Shown here piece by piece: positions 26,628-36,889 of a stretch of 64,000 bases of DNA. The notes beneath the pieces were generated by a model. It was not told the DNA's origin. It searched no databases and saw nothing but the letters and a program-made list of their open reading frames with translations. The position numbers and the translations under genes were made by a program. The stretch's first letter is position 1. Each line of letters begins with the position of its first letter. Source of the DNA: Minisyncoccota bacterium (GTDB lineage: Bacteria > Patescibacteriota > Minisyncoccia > UBA6257 > JAAZHW01); NCBI GenBank assembly GCA_035369485.1, contig DAOSMC010000001.1, positions 2,283 to 66,282 on the forward strand. Direction: 5' to 3'.

Positions 26628-27668
26628 ATGCGCACTTTAGGAATTGATATTGGGACAACTAATATAAAAGCAGTGGAACTTTCTGGGACACTGAATAATA
26701 TAATTTTAGAGAATTATGGTATTTTAGAAACTTACGGTTATTTAGAGCGTAGCAATGCTGCTATTCAAACGAATTATTTTAAACTTGTTGAAGAAATAAC
26801 AACAGAATTATTAAGGCAATTATTTTCAGCGTTCAAACCTAAAACAAAAAGAGCATTTTTTTCATTGCCTGTGTTTTCTAGTTTTATTACGAATTTCGAT
26901 TTGCCATTTACTAATAATAAAGAAATTGTTCAAGCAGTTCCTTTTGAAGCTAAAAAATATATCCCATTACCGTTGGAGGAATTAGAAATTAATTGGATGG
27001 TGATAGCAAAAGCTGCAGATGGAAGAAAAGAAAAAAGCAGAATTGTTTTGGTGGCAACACCAAAGGAATTGATTCAAAAATATCAACACATTGCTCAAAC
27101 ACTCGGATTAAATCTGATGGGTTGGGAAATCGAAGGATTTTCTTTAGCCCGAACGCTTGTGGCAGATGATAAAACGCCAACATTAATAGTTGATATTGGC
27201 ACTCAGGTTACAAATCTTTTTGTAGTAGATAACACTTTTTTGGTTAATTTCGAAAGTTTAAATATTGGAGGTGCTGAAATCACTCATATTATTAGTCAAA
27301 GTTTAGGCGTTACTCAAGAACGAGCAGAAGAGTTTAAAAAAATTAAAGGATTCAAAGTTAATCCAGAAGAAATGGGTGTTGTTAATGTATTGATGCCAAT
27401 TGTGGATAATTTTGGGAATGAAATTTTAAGAATGATTGATATCTATCGCGAAAAAAATAATCGTCAAATAGAAAAAGTCATTCTTACAGGAGGAACGGCT
27501 AATATGCCAGGATTAACCGAGTATTTTACTGAATTTTTGAATTTGCCAGTAGAAAAAGCATGGCCATTTAAGCAGATAAAATACCAACAGTTTTTAGAGC
27601 CGCTTTTAAGGGATACAGCTCCATTTTTAAGCATAGCGACTGGTGTGGCAATGAAGGGCTTGGAATAG
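26628..27668 (+). CDS. pilM: Type IV pilus assembly ATPase-fold protein PilM
   Basis: Actin-like fold (LGIDIGTTNIKAVE), about 345 aa, first gene of the pilus operon. Confidence 0.6.
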   Translation: MRTLGIDIGTTNIKAVELSGTLNNIILENYGILETYGYLERSNAAIQTNYFKLVEEITTELLRQLFSAFKPKTKRAFFSLPVFSSFITNFDLPFTNNKEIVQAVPFEAKKYIPLPLEELEINWMVIAKAADGRKEKSRIVLVATPKELIQKYQHIAQTLGLNLMGWEIEGFSLARTLVADDKTPTLIVDIGTQVTNLFVVDNTFLVNFESLNIGGAEITHIISQSLGVTQERAEEFKKIKGFKVNPEEMGVVNVLMPIVDNFGNEILRMIDIYREKNNRQIEKVILTGGTANMPGLTEYFTEFLNLPVEKAWPFKQIKYQQFLEPLLRDTAPFLSIATGVAMKGLE

Positions 27669-27752
27669 TTGTGAAAAAGGATTATAATAAAAATTAGAGG
27701 GGGAGTTGCATTTGGAGATTTAAAATATAAAGGTTATAATAAAAGAAATAAT

Positions 27753-28286
27753 ATGGCAGATTTTCAAGCAATAGAACCATTAAATAAAAAAAAGACAACA
27801 GGATGGATGACTAATTTAATTACTGTTGCAGTAATTATTTTTGTTGTGGTTTTTGCTTTATATTTTGTAGGCGTGTTTTATGAGAATTATATAACAAAAA
27901 ACATATCCGATATTAATGATAAAATTAAGGATTTGGCGAAAGAAATACCGATTGAAGATCGAAATGAAGTATTGACCTTTTATTCCCAATTAATAAATCT
28001 TAGAGCTTTGTTAGCAAATCATTTGTATCCATCTAACATCTTTTCTCGTTTAGAGCTTATCACCCATCCTCAAGTAACTTTTACCACCTTTTCTTATGAA
28101 AATAAAACTTCAATAATTAAGTTAGAAGGATATGCGCGTGATTTAAATGTTCTAGCACAACAACTTTTAGCTTTGCAAAAAACAACAGATTTCGTCAAAA
28201 TTACAGTGAACGATATAAAAAACGCAGCAGACAAAGTGCAATTTGGAGTCGAAATTAATTTTAATCCAACTTTTATTCACAAATAA
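27753..28286 (+). CDS. PilN-like bitopic inner-membrane pilus assembly protein
   Basis: An N-terminal TM helix with a periplasmic coiled-coil domain. Position after pilM. Confidence 0.35.
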   Translation: MADFQAIEPLNKKKTTGWMTNLITVAVIIFVVVFALYFVGVFYENYITKNISDINDKIKDLAKEIPIEDRNEVLTFYSQLINLRALLANHLYPSNIFSRLELITHPQVTFTTFSYENKTSIIKLEGYARDLNVLAQQLLALQKTTDFVKITVNDIKNAADKVQFGVEINFNPTFIHK

Positions 28287-28289
28287 ATT

Positions 28290-28901
28290 ATGAAAGAATC
28301 GGAAAAAAGAACTATTAGTATTATTATTATTTTGGCTCTTTTTATTGGAGCGGCTATAGTATTTTTTACAATGACTTGGCCGATGTTCGATCAAGTTTTA
28401 AAAGATAATAGAAATCTTGCTTTGGCGAAAGCCGAATATCAAAGACAGGTAGAAGCAGTTCGATTAGCAAAAACCATCGTAGAACAGTATAAAAACCTAA
28501 CGGATGTTAATCAGATGATTTCATTAACCATGCCTCGAAGTGAAGAGTTGTATAATGCAATAGTTCAATTAAATAAAATTTCAGAAGATAGTGGGTTGAG
28601 CATTCAAAGTATTGCGTTGCAAAAAATTGCTAGCGCTACTACTGCACCTAGCAAGACGTTAAGTACATCTTCTCAAAGCTTGTTAAAATCACCACAGCAG
28701 TTGGCTCTGACACTATCTCTTAACGGAACATACGAATCATTTAAAACCTGGTTAGAAGCTGTTGAGACGAATATTCGTTTGATGGATATAACTAATATTT
28801 CTTTTTCCGGAGTTAAAGCTACACCAACAGAGAGAGGGGGTGATGCAGGTTTCAACTTTTTCAACTTTAGCGTTGCTTTAAATTTATATTATCAACCATA
28901 A
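28290..28901 (+). CDS. PilO-like bitopic pilus assembly protein
   Basis: N-terminal TM plus coiled-coil, operon position. Confidence 0.35.
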   Translation: MKESEKRTISIIIILALFIGAAIVFFTMTWPMFDQVLKDNRNLALAKAEYQRQVEAVRLAKTIVEQYKNLTDVNQMISLTMPRSEELYNAIVQLNKISEDSGLSIQSIALQKIASATTAPSKTLSTSSQSLLKSPQQLALTLSLNGTYESFKTWLEAVETNIRLMDITNISFSGVKATPTERGGDAGFNFFNFSVALNLYYQP

Positions 28902-28906
28902 TTAAT

Positions 28907-29278
28907 ATGGAAACTATAGAACAAAAATCAAAAACTAATATCTTTATTTATATTATCATTGCAATTTTAATTGTTGCTATTGTGGGAGTTTATTTTGTAT
29001 TTTTCGCTCCCGAAAAATTAGCAACTTCAGAAACACCCACTGCTATTCCTGTTACTAATACAACTGTTGAAGAGGTTGGTTCGTCTCCTGCGACAAAGAC
29101 TACATCAGCTCCTTTAGTAAGCCATTCCACCTCCACCGATATTACTGGAGGGTTAAGCTCTCTTAAATTAACGCCAGAAGATATTTTAAATAATCCCATC
29201 TTTCAATCATTACGTGCTTATGCTGAACCAGTTGAAGTGCCAACACTTGGTCGTCCGAACCCATTTATTCCTTATTAA
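28907..29278 (+). CDS. Small Thr/Ser-rich membrane-anchored protein of the pilus operon (PilP-like?)
   Basis: An N-terminal TM helix, a low-complexity T/S-rich linker and a short C-terminal domain. Confidence 0.25.
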   Translation: METIEQKSKTNIFIYIIIAILIVAIVGVYFVFFAPEKLATSETPTAIPVTNTTVEEVGSSPATKTTSAPLVSHSTSTDITGGLSSLKLTPEDILNNPIFQSLRAYAEPVEVPTLGRPNPFIPY

Positions 29279-29294
29279 AAATAATTAAAATAAA

Positions 29295-31055
29295 ATGATC
29301 CCAAACAAAATTTTATTAGAACTTTTAGTTAAAAATAATAAAATTGATCAGGCCACGGCCGACAAACTTCTCAAAGATAGCCAGACGCTTAATCAACCAG
29401 TAGAAGAAATTATTTACGAAAGAAATCTCGTTCCTCAAGATGAGGTAGCAAAAATTAAAAGCGAGTACTATAAAATTCCAACAAAACATTTCACCAAAGA
29501 GGATATTATTCCCAACGAAGTTTTGAATATTATCCCAGAAGAGGTAGCGCGCACACATCAAATAGTGGCTTTTAAAAAAGATGGAGATACTTTGCACGTT
29601 GGAATGCTTTCTCCTGATGATCAACAAGCTCAGGATATTTTGAAATTTATTGCCAAACAACGCAAACTCAACATTGCAATTTATCTAGTTACTAAATCAG
29701 ACTTGGAAAACATCTGGAAGAATTATCGATCATTTGCTACGCGCTTAAAAGAAATTCAAGACAGCGTAGATATTTTCAAAAGACAAAGCAAGCCATCTCA
29801 TCAACTCTATCAGCAGCGCGTGGTGCGGATTGATGAAGCAAGTGGTATCATTGCTGAAGAGGCGCCAATTATTACGATTGTTTCTACTGTATTAGAAGAA
29901 GCAGTTGAATCAAACGCTTCCGATATTCATATCGAGCCGATGAGAAATAAATTACGCATCCGTTTTCGATTAGACGGCGAGTTGAAAGAAGTACTTTCTC
30001 TTCCTTTGGAATTACAACCAGCGATTATTGCCCGTATTAAAATTCTTTCTGATTTAAAAATTGATGAAACTAGAATTCCTCAAGATGGACGTTTTAGAAC
30101 TATTTTGGATAATAAAGAAATTGATTTTCGTGTAGCGACGTTTCCGACGGCTTTGGGCGAAAAGGTAGCGGTACGTGTTCTTAATCCGTATGTCGGCTTA
30201 AAAACTATTGATGATTTGGGAGTGAGAGCATATCATAAAACTTTGATTGAAGAAGCTATTGCAAAACCATTTGGAATGATTTTAGCCACCGGTCCGACAG
30301 GGTCAGGAAAAACAACTACACTTTATGCTATTCTCCAAGGATTAAATAAAGAAGCGGTAAATATTGTAAGCCTTGAGGATCCGGTAGAGTATTTTATTGA
30401 AGGATTAAATCAATCTCAAGTTAAACCAGAAATTGGTTATGATTTTGCTTCTGGTTTAAGACAGATTGTTCGTCAAGACCCCGATATTATTATGGTAGGA
30501 GAAATTCGAGATAATGAAACTGCAGCTTTGGCAGTACACGCTGCTTTGACTGGTCATTTAGTGCTTTCAACTCTTCATACCAACAATGCAATAGGAGTAA
30601 TTCCGCGTTTAATTGATATGAAAATTGAGCCATATCTTTTACCAGCTTCTTTGATTTTAATGATGGCCCAACGTTTAGTAGGAAGACTTTGTGATCAGTG
30701 TAAACAAAAAGTAGAAGCAACTGGTAGCTTGAAAGAGGAAATAGAAAAATCCATAGCTGCGTTGCCAAAAGAATTGAGGGCAAAGTATCAAAAAGATAAA
30801 TATGAAATTTATTTACCTCAGGGTTGCAAGGAGTGTAATTATAAAGGGATAAAGGGAAGAATGCCTCTCTTTGAAGTTCTCAAAATGACACCATCACTTG
30901 AAGAGATTGTTTTAAAAGATCCATCGGCGGCTAATTTACAACAAGAAGCAGAAAAACAAGGAATGGTTACTCTACGTCAGGATGGCATTATTAAGGCGCT
31001 CGAAGGACTAATTTCCATTGAGGAAGTTCTAAAAGAAACAATGGAAAAAGATTAA
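29295..31055 (+). CDS. pilB: Type IV pilus extension ATPase PilB
   Basis: GspE_N domain, Walker A GPTGSGKTTT, a tetracysteine motif (CDQC...CKEC) and an Asp box. Confidence 0.8.
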   Translation: MIPNKILLELLVKNNKIDQATADKLLKDSQTLNQPVEEIIYERNLVPQDEVAKIKSEYYKIPTKHFTKEDIIPNEVLNIIPEEVARTHQIVAFKKDGDTLHVGMLSPDDQQAQDILKFIAKQRKLNIAIYLVTKSDLENIWKNYRSFATRLKEIQDSVDIFKRQSKPSHQLYQQRVVRIDEASGIIAEEAPIITIVSTVLEEAVESNASDIHIEPMRNKLRIRFRLDGELKEVLSLPLELQPAIIARIKILSDLKIDETRIPQDGRFRTILDNKEIDFRVATFPTALGEKVAVRVLNPYVGLKTIDDLGVRAYHKTLIEEAIAKPFGMILATGPTGSGKTTTLYAILQGLNKEAVNIVSLEDPVEYFIEGLNQSQVKPEIGYDFASGLRQIVRQDPDIIMVGEIRDNETAALAVHAALTGHLVLSTLHTNNAIGVIPRLIDMKIEPYLLPASLILMMAQRLVGRLCDQCKQKVEATGSLKEEIEKSIAALPKELRAKYQKDKYEIYLPQGCKECNYKGIKGRMPLFEVLKMTPSLEEIVLKDPSAANLQQEAEKQGMVTLRQDGIIKALEGLISIEEVLKETMEKD

Positions 31056-31082
31056 AGTTAAAGGCGTTTAATTTTAAATTTT

Positions 31083-32159
31083 ATGGCAGATGTTTTTTAT
31101 AAAGAAAAAATAGAAAATTTATTAACTTTAACAGCGCAACAAAATGCGTCTGATTTACATTTTTCAGTTGGTCGCAAACCAACGTTAAGAATTGATGGGC
31201 GTTTAGTTTCTATTGCCAAGGAAGAAGTTTTTACCAAAGAAGTGGTTGAAGGATTAATTGATGCTTTGGTGCCGTCTGGCCGAAAGGAAGAATTTTTGAA
31301 AAATCGAGAAATAGACTTTTCTTACACCTTATCAGATAAAGCTCGTTTTCGAGTAAATGTTTATTTTCAAAGGGGGAATATGGCAGCCGCGTTAAGATTT
31401 ATTCCTTATAAAATTAGAACAATTGAAGAATTGAATTTACCGCCTATTTTACACGATTTTGCAAAATACAGCCAAGGTTTTATTTTAGCAGTAGGACCAG
31501 CGGGTCATGGGAAATCAACAACGTTAGCGGCTATTATTGATGAAATTAATCACGAACGAACAGCCCACATTATTACTATTGAAGATCCTATTGAATACGT
31601 TTTTGTTCAAGATCGTTCGATTATTGATCAGAGAGAGGTTTTATCGGATACATTAAGTTTTCATCGTGGCTTGCGTTCTGTTTTAAGACAAGATCCAGAT
31701 GTTATTATGGTTGGAGAAATGCGAGATCCCGAAACGATTCAAACAGCGATAACCGCTGCTGAAACAGGGCATCTTGTTTTTTCTACTTTGCATACCAATT
31801 CTGCTTCACAAACGATTGATCGCATTATCGATAGTTTCCCTGCTTCCCAACAATCGCAGATTAGAACTCAATTAGCGGCAACACTAGTCGGAATTATTTC
31901 TCAACGTTTAGTACCGCGATTAAATGGTGGTAGAATTCCCGCCTGTGAAGTAATGCTTACCAACTCAGCTATTCGTAATTTAATTCGTGAAGATAAAATT
32001 TATCAAATTGATTTGGTTATTGAAACAAGCATTCAAGAACGTATGATTTCATTGAATCGTTCATTGGCTAACTTGGTTAAACAAAGCGAAATTTCTTTAG
32101 AAACTGCCGAATCGTATTCATTAAACCCGGCAGAATTAGCTAATCTTTTAGCTCGTTAA
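31083..32159 (+). CDS. pilT: Type IV pilus retraction ATPase PilT
   Basis: 358 aa, Walker A GPAGHGKST, and the PilT-specific AIRNLIRE motif. Confidence 0.8.
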   Translation: MADVFYKEKIENLLTLTAQQNASDLHFSVGRKPTLRIDGRLVSIAKEEVFTKEVVEGLIDALVPSGRKEEFLKNREIDFSYTLSDKARFRVNVYFQRGNMAAALRFIPYKIRTIEELNLPPILHDFAKYSQGFILAVGPAGHGKSTTLAAIIDEINHERTAHIITIEDPIEYVFVQDRSIIDQREVLSDTLSFHRGLRSVLRQDPDVIMVGEMRDPETIQTAITAAETGHLVFSTLHTNSASQTIDRIIDSFPASQQSQIRTQLAATLVGIISQRLVPRLNGGRIPACEVMLTNSAIRNLIREDKIYQIDLVIETSIQERMISLNRSLANLVKQSEISLETAESYSLNPAELANLLAR

Positions 32160-32168
32160 TTAAACTCT

Positions 32169-33380
32169 ATGGCAAAGTTTCGTTATACAGGCAGAAATGA
32201 TTTAGGAGAAATTCAAAGCGGCGTTGTTGAAGCAGGCAGTCGTGATTTGGCTATTAAAATTTTACAAGATAATAAAATATATGTTCTTTCTTTAGAGTCT
32301 TTAGAAAAGAAGGGATTTTTGGATAGGCTGCTTCAGTCATTTCAACGCGTCAAAACAAAAGACCTTATGATTTTTACTCGTCAGTTAAGTGTTTTACTTT
32401 CGGCAAAGGTTCAATTAGTTGATTCGTTGAAAGCTCTTTATAATCAAGTGACAGATCCCTTGTTGAAGGATGCTATTTTTGATGTTTTTACTGATGTGGA
32501 AGGAGGGATGTATTTTTCTCAAGCTTTAGCAAAGCACCCGAAGGTATTTTCTGATTTTTTTGTAAACATGGTTCGTTCTGCTGAATTATCCGGTCGTCTT
32601 GAAGAGACGTTGAATTACCTTGCGGATTACTTAGAAAAAGATAATAATTTAAAAACAAAATTAAGAAATGCCATGATCTATCCTGCATTTATCATTGTGG
32701 TGTTTTTGGCCGTAATGATATTGGTAGTCACTGTTGTTATTCCTCAATTAAAAGGAATTTTTACAGAATCTGGTAGTCAATTACCATTTATTACTAGAGT
32801 GCTGATGAGCGTTGGTGATTTTTTGCTCAATTGGGGCGTGGCGATTATTGTTTTTCTAGTTATTGCTATTTTTCTTTTCGTAAGATATATTAGAACACCG
32901 GAAGGAAAGGCTTTTTGGCAGCAACTTCTACTTTCGTTGCCGATTATTGGACCAATTCAAAAAAAGGTAGCTATTAGTCGCTTTGCTTCTTCCTGCAGCG
33001 CATTGCTGAAAGGTGGATTGCCGATAGCGAGCTCGTTGGAAATTTCCGGGAAAATTGTTAGCAATATCGTTTATGAAGAAATTCTTACCAAAACAGCTGA
33101 TGCTATTCGAAGTGGTGGTACTATTTCTAATTTTTTAGCTCAATACCCAGATTATTTTTCACCAATGGTTATCCAAATGATAGCGGTAGGGGAGGTTTCA
33201 GGTCAAGTTGATGAATTGATGCAGAAGGTAGCTGATTTTTACAGTAACGAGGTTGATCAGACAGCCGCGAACCTAGCAGAAATTATTCAGCCAGTTCTTA
33301 TCGTTATTCTTGGTGTTTTTATTGGTGTTTTTGTGGCAGCAGTGCTAATGCCAATTTATAACTTAGCTCAAGTATTTTAA
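32169..33380 (+). CDS. pilC: Type IV pilus platform protein PilC (GspF family)
   Basis: Two GspF repeats and three or more TM segments, about 400 aa. Confidence 0.8.
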   Translation: MAKFRYTGRNDLGEIQSGVVEAGSRDLAIKILQDNKIYVLSLESLEKKGFLDRLLQSFQRVKTKDLMIFTRQLSVLLSAKVQLVDSLKALYNQVTDPLLKDAIFDVFTDVEGGMYFSQALAKHPKVFSDFFVNMVRSAELSGRLEETLNYLADYLEKDNNLKTKLRNAMIYPAFIIVVFLAVMILVVTVVIPQLKGIFTESGSQLPFITRVLMSVGDFLLNWGVAIIVFLVIAIFLFVRYIRTPEGKAFWQQLLLSLPIIGPIQKKVAISRFASSCSALLKGGLPIASSLEISGKIVSNIVYEEILTKTADAIRSGGTISNFLAQYPDYFSPMVIQMIAVGEVSGQVDELMQKVADFYSNEVDQTAANLAEIIQPVLIVILGVFIGVFVAAVLMPIYNLAQVF

Positions 33381-33444
33381 ATTTTTATAGATATTCTTTA
33401 TAATAAAGGTCGAGATTAATTAAACTCAATTTTAAACTCAAAAC

Positions 33445-33903
33445 ATGAATAAAAAAGAAAAAGGTTTTACCTTAATTGAAATGTTGGTGGTAGTTGCGGT
33501 GATTGGGCTTTTAGCTTCATTGATTTTAGTAGGTTTGTCTAGTTTTAGAACCAGAGGTCGAGATACACGACGAGTGGCTGATACAAAAGAAATTCAGAAT
33601 GGATTGGAGTTGTATTACATGAAAAATGGCAGTTATCCAGTGCTGACGTCTGGTAATTGGGACGATTTAGAACAAGAATTAGTAAATGCTAACCTAGGGA
33701 TTACTAATTTACCTCAGGATCCAACGGCGCCTACCAGGTCTTATGACTATGGTTCGGATGGCCAACATTATGTGATCGCGGTAACGATTGAAGATCCAGA
33801 TGCTAATAAATCTCTTTTAGACAGCGATCTTGATGGTTCGCAATATGGTGGTGTTAATTGTGGTGATGCTTCAAATGATACAATTTATTGTATAGGAATG
33901 TAA
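33445..33903 (+). CDS. Type IV major pilin (prepilin with class III signal peptide)
   Basis: MNKKEKG|FTLIEMLVVVAVIGLLA: a canonical G-F-T-L-I-E prepilin cleavage/methylation motif with a hydrophobic alpha1 helix. Confidence 0.85.
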   Translation: MNKKEKGFTLIEMLVVVAVIGLLASLILVGLSSFRTRGRDTRRVADTKEIQNGLELYYMKNGSYPVLTSGNWDDLEQELVNANLGITNLPQDPTAPTRSYDYGSDGQHYVIAVTIEDPDANKSLLDSDLDGSQYGGVNCGDASNDTIYCIGM

Positions 33904-33914
33904 TTCGTATTTAT

Positions 33915-34835
33915 ATGCTACAGCCAGTTATTATTGCGATTGTTTTTTTACTCGGGTTGGGAGTAGGCAGTTTCATCAATGTAATTACCATTCGCTTCCA
34001 ACCCGATAAAAATATCCCTTTTATTAAATTGGTCAGCGGTCGATCACGCTGTAATTTTTGTAAACATCAACTCAAATGGTATGATCTTATACCAATTTTT
34101 AGTTTTATTTTTTTAAAAGGGAAATGTCGCTATTGTGGTAAAAAACTTTCTTGGCAATATCCTATTATTGAAATATTGACAGGCATAATTTTTGCCGGAG
34201 TAACCTACCGGCTTTTGCGACTTGATGTTATTCGTTTACTTCTAGCGTCGGGCACTATACCTTTTTGGATTTGGTTAGTTTTCCTTCTCTTTTTATTTTA
34301 CAGCGCTGTTTTGATTACTCTTTCTATAATTGATATCAAGCATTATCTTTTACCGGATAAATTAATTTATTCAGCAATAGGCGTTTCAGTAGTGGCAGAT
34401 TTACTTTTTTATGGATTGAGCAAAAGCAGTAAATTTAATTTCCCATCGTGCGGTTTGAATTTTTTAAGTAGTTACATGGATTATTTTAATTGCCAATTTA
34501 ATGTTTTAACCTCTTATTTATTTGGTGCATTGGCAGTAGGAGGGTTTTTGTTTTTAGTTTATCTTTTTACACGAGGAAAAGGAATGGGATTAGGAGATGT
34601 CAAATTAGGGATTTTAATAGGTTTAATGCTTGGGCTGACAAATGGTATTTTAGCTTTGGTAATGGCCTTTATTATTGGTTCTATTGTTGGTATAATATTA
34701 TTAGCCTCTAAAAAGAAGTCTCTTAAGGACTGGGTGCCATTTGGGCCATTTTTAGCATTAGGAGTGTTTATTGTTATTTTTTGGGGCTCATTCTTCGTCG
34801 AATCATATTTTTCAATATTTAACTATCTTATATGA
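33915..34835 (+). CDS. pilD: Prepilin peptidase / N-methyltransferase PilD (A24 family)
   Basis: An N-terminal Cys4 motif (CNFC...CRYC) and a polytopic membrane domain with the catalytic Asp region (GLGDVKLG). The track start at 33888 is TTG, so the start was trimmed to the ATG at 33915. Confidence 0.75.
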   Translation: MLQPVIIAIVFLLGLGVGSFINVITIRFQPDKNIPFIKLVSGRSRCNFCKHQLKWYDLIPIFSFIFLKGKCRYCGKKLSWQYPIIEILTGIIFAGVTYRLLRLDVIRLLLASGTIPFWIWLVFLLFLFYSAVLITLSIIDIKHYLLPDKLIYSAIGVSVVADLLFYGLSKSSKFNFPSCGLNFLSSYMDYFNCQFNVLTSYLFGALAVGGFLFLVYLFTRGKGMGLGDVKLGILIGLMLGLTNGILALVMAFIIGSIVGIILLASKKKSLKDWVPFGPFLALGVFIVIFWGSFFVESYFSIFNYLI

Positions 34836-35299
34836 AAGAAGTTCCTATCTCAAACACTCTATATTGGGCAGCCATTATTTTTATGGCAATAGTTTTCGTA
34901 GCGACAATTATTTTAAATAGCTACCTTTTTGTTTTGGATAATCAGTTAACTCAACAAATTTATTTATCTCGAGTTGCCTTACAAAAAGCCACTTTAATTA
35001 TTGATTACGGCAATGGTCAAAGAAAAATTTTTGAAGGAGATGTTCCTGCGGGCGGTCTTAGTTTATATGATGTTCTTTTGGCTTCGGCTCAAACTGGCAG
35101 TATTAGCGTTCAATTTAGCAAAACAGCCGATGGTCGTGTTTCTCTTGTTAAAATCGATCAGTACGTAAACAACATGGATCATTATTGGGAATTACAGATA
35201 CCAAAATTTAATTGGAAAAGAGCTTTGAATGATAGTACAATTGATTTAACGCAATTTTATCTTGTAGGCGGTAATACTGCTTATCTCGTATATAAATAA
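34832..35299 (+). CDS. Hypothetical membrane-anchored protein at the end of the pilus operon
   Basis: An N-terminal TM helix. Translationally coupled to pilD (4-nt overlap). Confidence 0.4.
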   Translation: MKEVPISNTLYWAAIIFMAIVFVATIILNSYLFVLDNQLTQQIYLSRVALQKATLIIDYGNGQRKIFEGDVPAGGLSLYDVLLASAQTGSISVQFSKTADGRVSLVKIDQYVNNMDHYWELQIPKFNWKRALNDSTIDLTQFYLVGGNTAYLVYK

Positions 35300-35312
35300 A
35301 AACTAAATTAAA

Positions 35313-36140
35313 ATGGAAATTATCAATGGGGAAAATATTTCTCAAGAAATTCTTGAGGATTTAAAGCCGTTTTTTCAAAAACACAAAGCAGCGTTAGCTG
35401 TTATTTCGATAGGCAATAATTTAGGGGGAGAAGTTTTTATTAAACAAAAAAAGAAAGTTGCAGATTATTTATCAATTGAATTTATTCATTTTCATTTTAA
35501 AGAAGACATTTCTAATAAATTATTAAGTAAGAAAATTAATCAAATTGTTAGACAAAATTTTATTAAAGGTGTTGTTTTGCAATTACCATTGCCCAAAAAA
35601 TTTAATACCTATGCTCTGGTAAATATTATTCCTTCTCAAAAAGACGTCGATGTCTTAAATAATGCCCACTTTGCTTCGTATTGTTTTCAACGTAGTTTAA
35701 TTTTACCACCGGCTGTTGAGACAATAAAAATAATTTTTGAAAAATATAATATTAACGTTCAAGAGAAAAATTGTGGGATTGTAGGAGTTGGACGATTAGT
35801 TGGTTTTCCCACTTTGATTTGGTTGTTACAACAGAAGGCTACAGTGTTTGCGGTGGATATTTCTACTAAACAGCCAGAAAAAATTTTGGCGCAATGTGAT
35901 ATAATAATTACAGGCACAGGTAGCCCTCATCTGATTAATAAAAAATTTGTTAAAAAAGGGGCTATTATTATTGATTTTGGGTTTTCTAAAGAAAATGGAA
36001 AAATCAAAGGTGATGTCAATATAGATTCAGTTAAAAAGAAGGCGCTATTAGTAACGCCAACGCCTGGTGGCACTGGTCCCATTCTTGTTGCGGCATTATA
36101 TAAGAATTTAAAAACATTACTACAAAGCAAACAAAAATAA
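35313..36140 (+). CDS. folD: Methylenetetrahydrofolate dehydrogenase / methenyl-THF cyclohydrolase
   Basis: LQLPLPK, a Rossmann motif GIVGVGRLVG, and C-terminal TPGGTGPILVAAL. Confidence 0.7.
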   Translation: MEIINGENISQEILEDLKPFFQKHKAALAVISIGNNLGGEVFIKQKKKVADYLSIEFIHFHFKEDISNKLLSKKINQIVRQNFIKGVVLQLPLPKKFNTYALVNIIPSQKDVDVLNNAHFASYCFQRSLILPPAVETIKIIFEKYNINVQEKNCGIVGVGRLVGFPTLIWLLQQKATVFAVDISTKQPEKILAQCDIIITGTGSPHLINKKFVKKGAIIIDFGFSKENGKIKGDVNIDSVKKKALLVTPTPGGTGPILVAALYKNLKTLLQSKQK

Positions 36141-36187
36141 GGCCGAATTTAACCTATAAGATTAAAAAATTGTTTATTTAACATATT

Positions 36188-36889
36188 ATGGAATTAGCAG
36201 CTAATCCTGGGAAAAAAATAATAATAGAAGTAGATGGAATAAAATGGGCTCGATATCCTATAAAAACCCATTTTATTACGGAAAAAGATAATTTAGATGA
36301 AATTATAAAAAAATACGTTTTGCCTAATGCTCAAAAAGGAGATATAATTTGCCTTGGTCAAAAAATTGTTTCTATTTTACAAGGTTTAATTATTTATAAA
36401 AAAGATTTAAAAGTTGGATGGTGGGCAAATTTTTTGTCAAAATTTGTTAAAAAGACGCCATATGGTTTTTCGGTCGGTAACCCGTTAAAAATGCAGATAG
36501 CTATTAATTTAGCTGGTCTTCCGCGGATTTTATTTGCTGCTGTTGTTGCTGGTATTTCTAAAATATTTGGTTTTTCGGGCGTTTTTTATCGATTAGCCGG
36601 ACACCAAATTTCGCAAATTGATGGTTTTTATGCCGAAGCCTTTCCTCAATATGGCGAAATGGGCATCTTAGGGCCAAAAAATTGTAATGAACTCTGCGAA
36701 AATTTACAGAAAAAATATGACCACTCCTTTTTGGTAATTGATATAAATGACTTGGGGGGTAATATCTTAGGCTGTAGCAAAGATTTAGCAGGAAAAGAGG
36801 GTCTAATTCTTAAAATTTTAAAAGATAATCCTGCTGGGCAGTCTAATCAACAAACACCTATAATAATTTTACGACAATTATGCAATTAA
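36188..36889 (+). CDS. Hypothetical protein (weak resemblance to the CofE / F420-ligase-like fold)
   Basis: No strong motifs. Only a loose similarity around GQKIVSILQG. The family is uncertain. Confidence 0.3.
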   Translation: MELAANPGKKIIIEVDGIKWARYPIKTHFITEKDNLDEIIKKYVLPNAQKGDIICLGQKIVSILQGLIIYKKDLKVGWWANFLSKFVKKTPYGFSVGNPLKMQIAINLAGLPRILFAAVVAGISKIFGFSGVFYRLAGHQISQIDGFYAEAFPQYGEMGILGPKNCNELCENLQKKYDHSFLVIDINDLGGNILGCSKDLAGKEGLILKILKDNPAGQSNQQTPIIILRQLCN

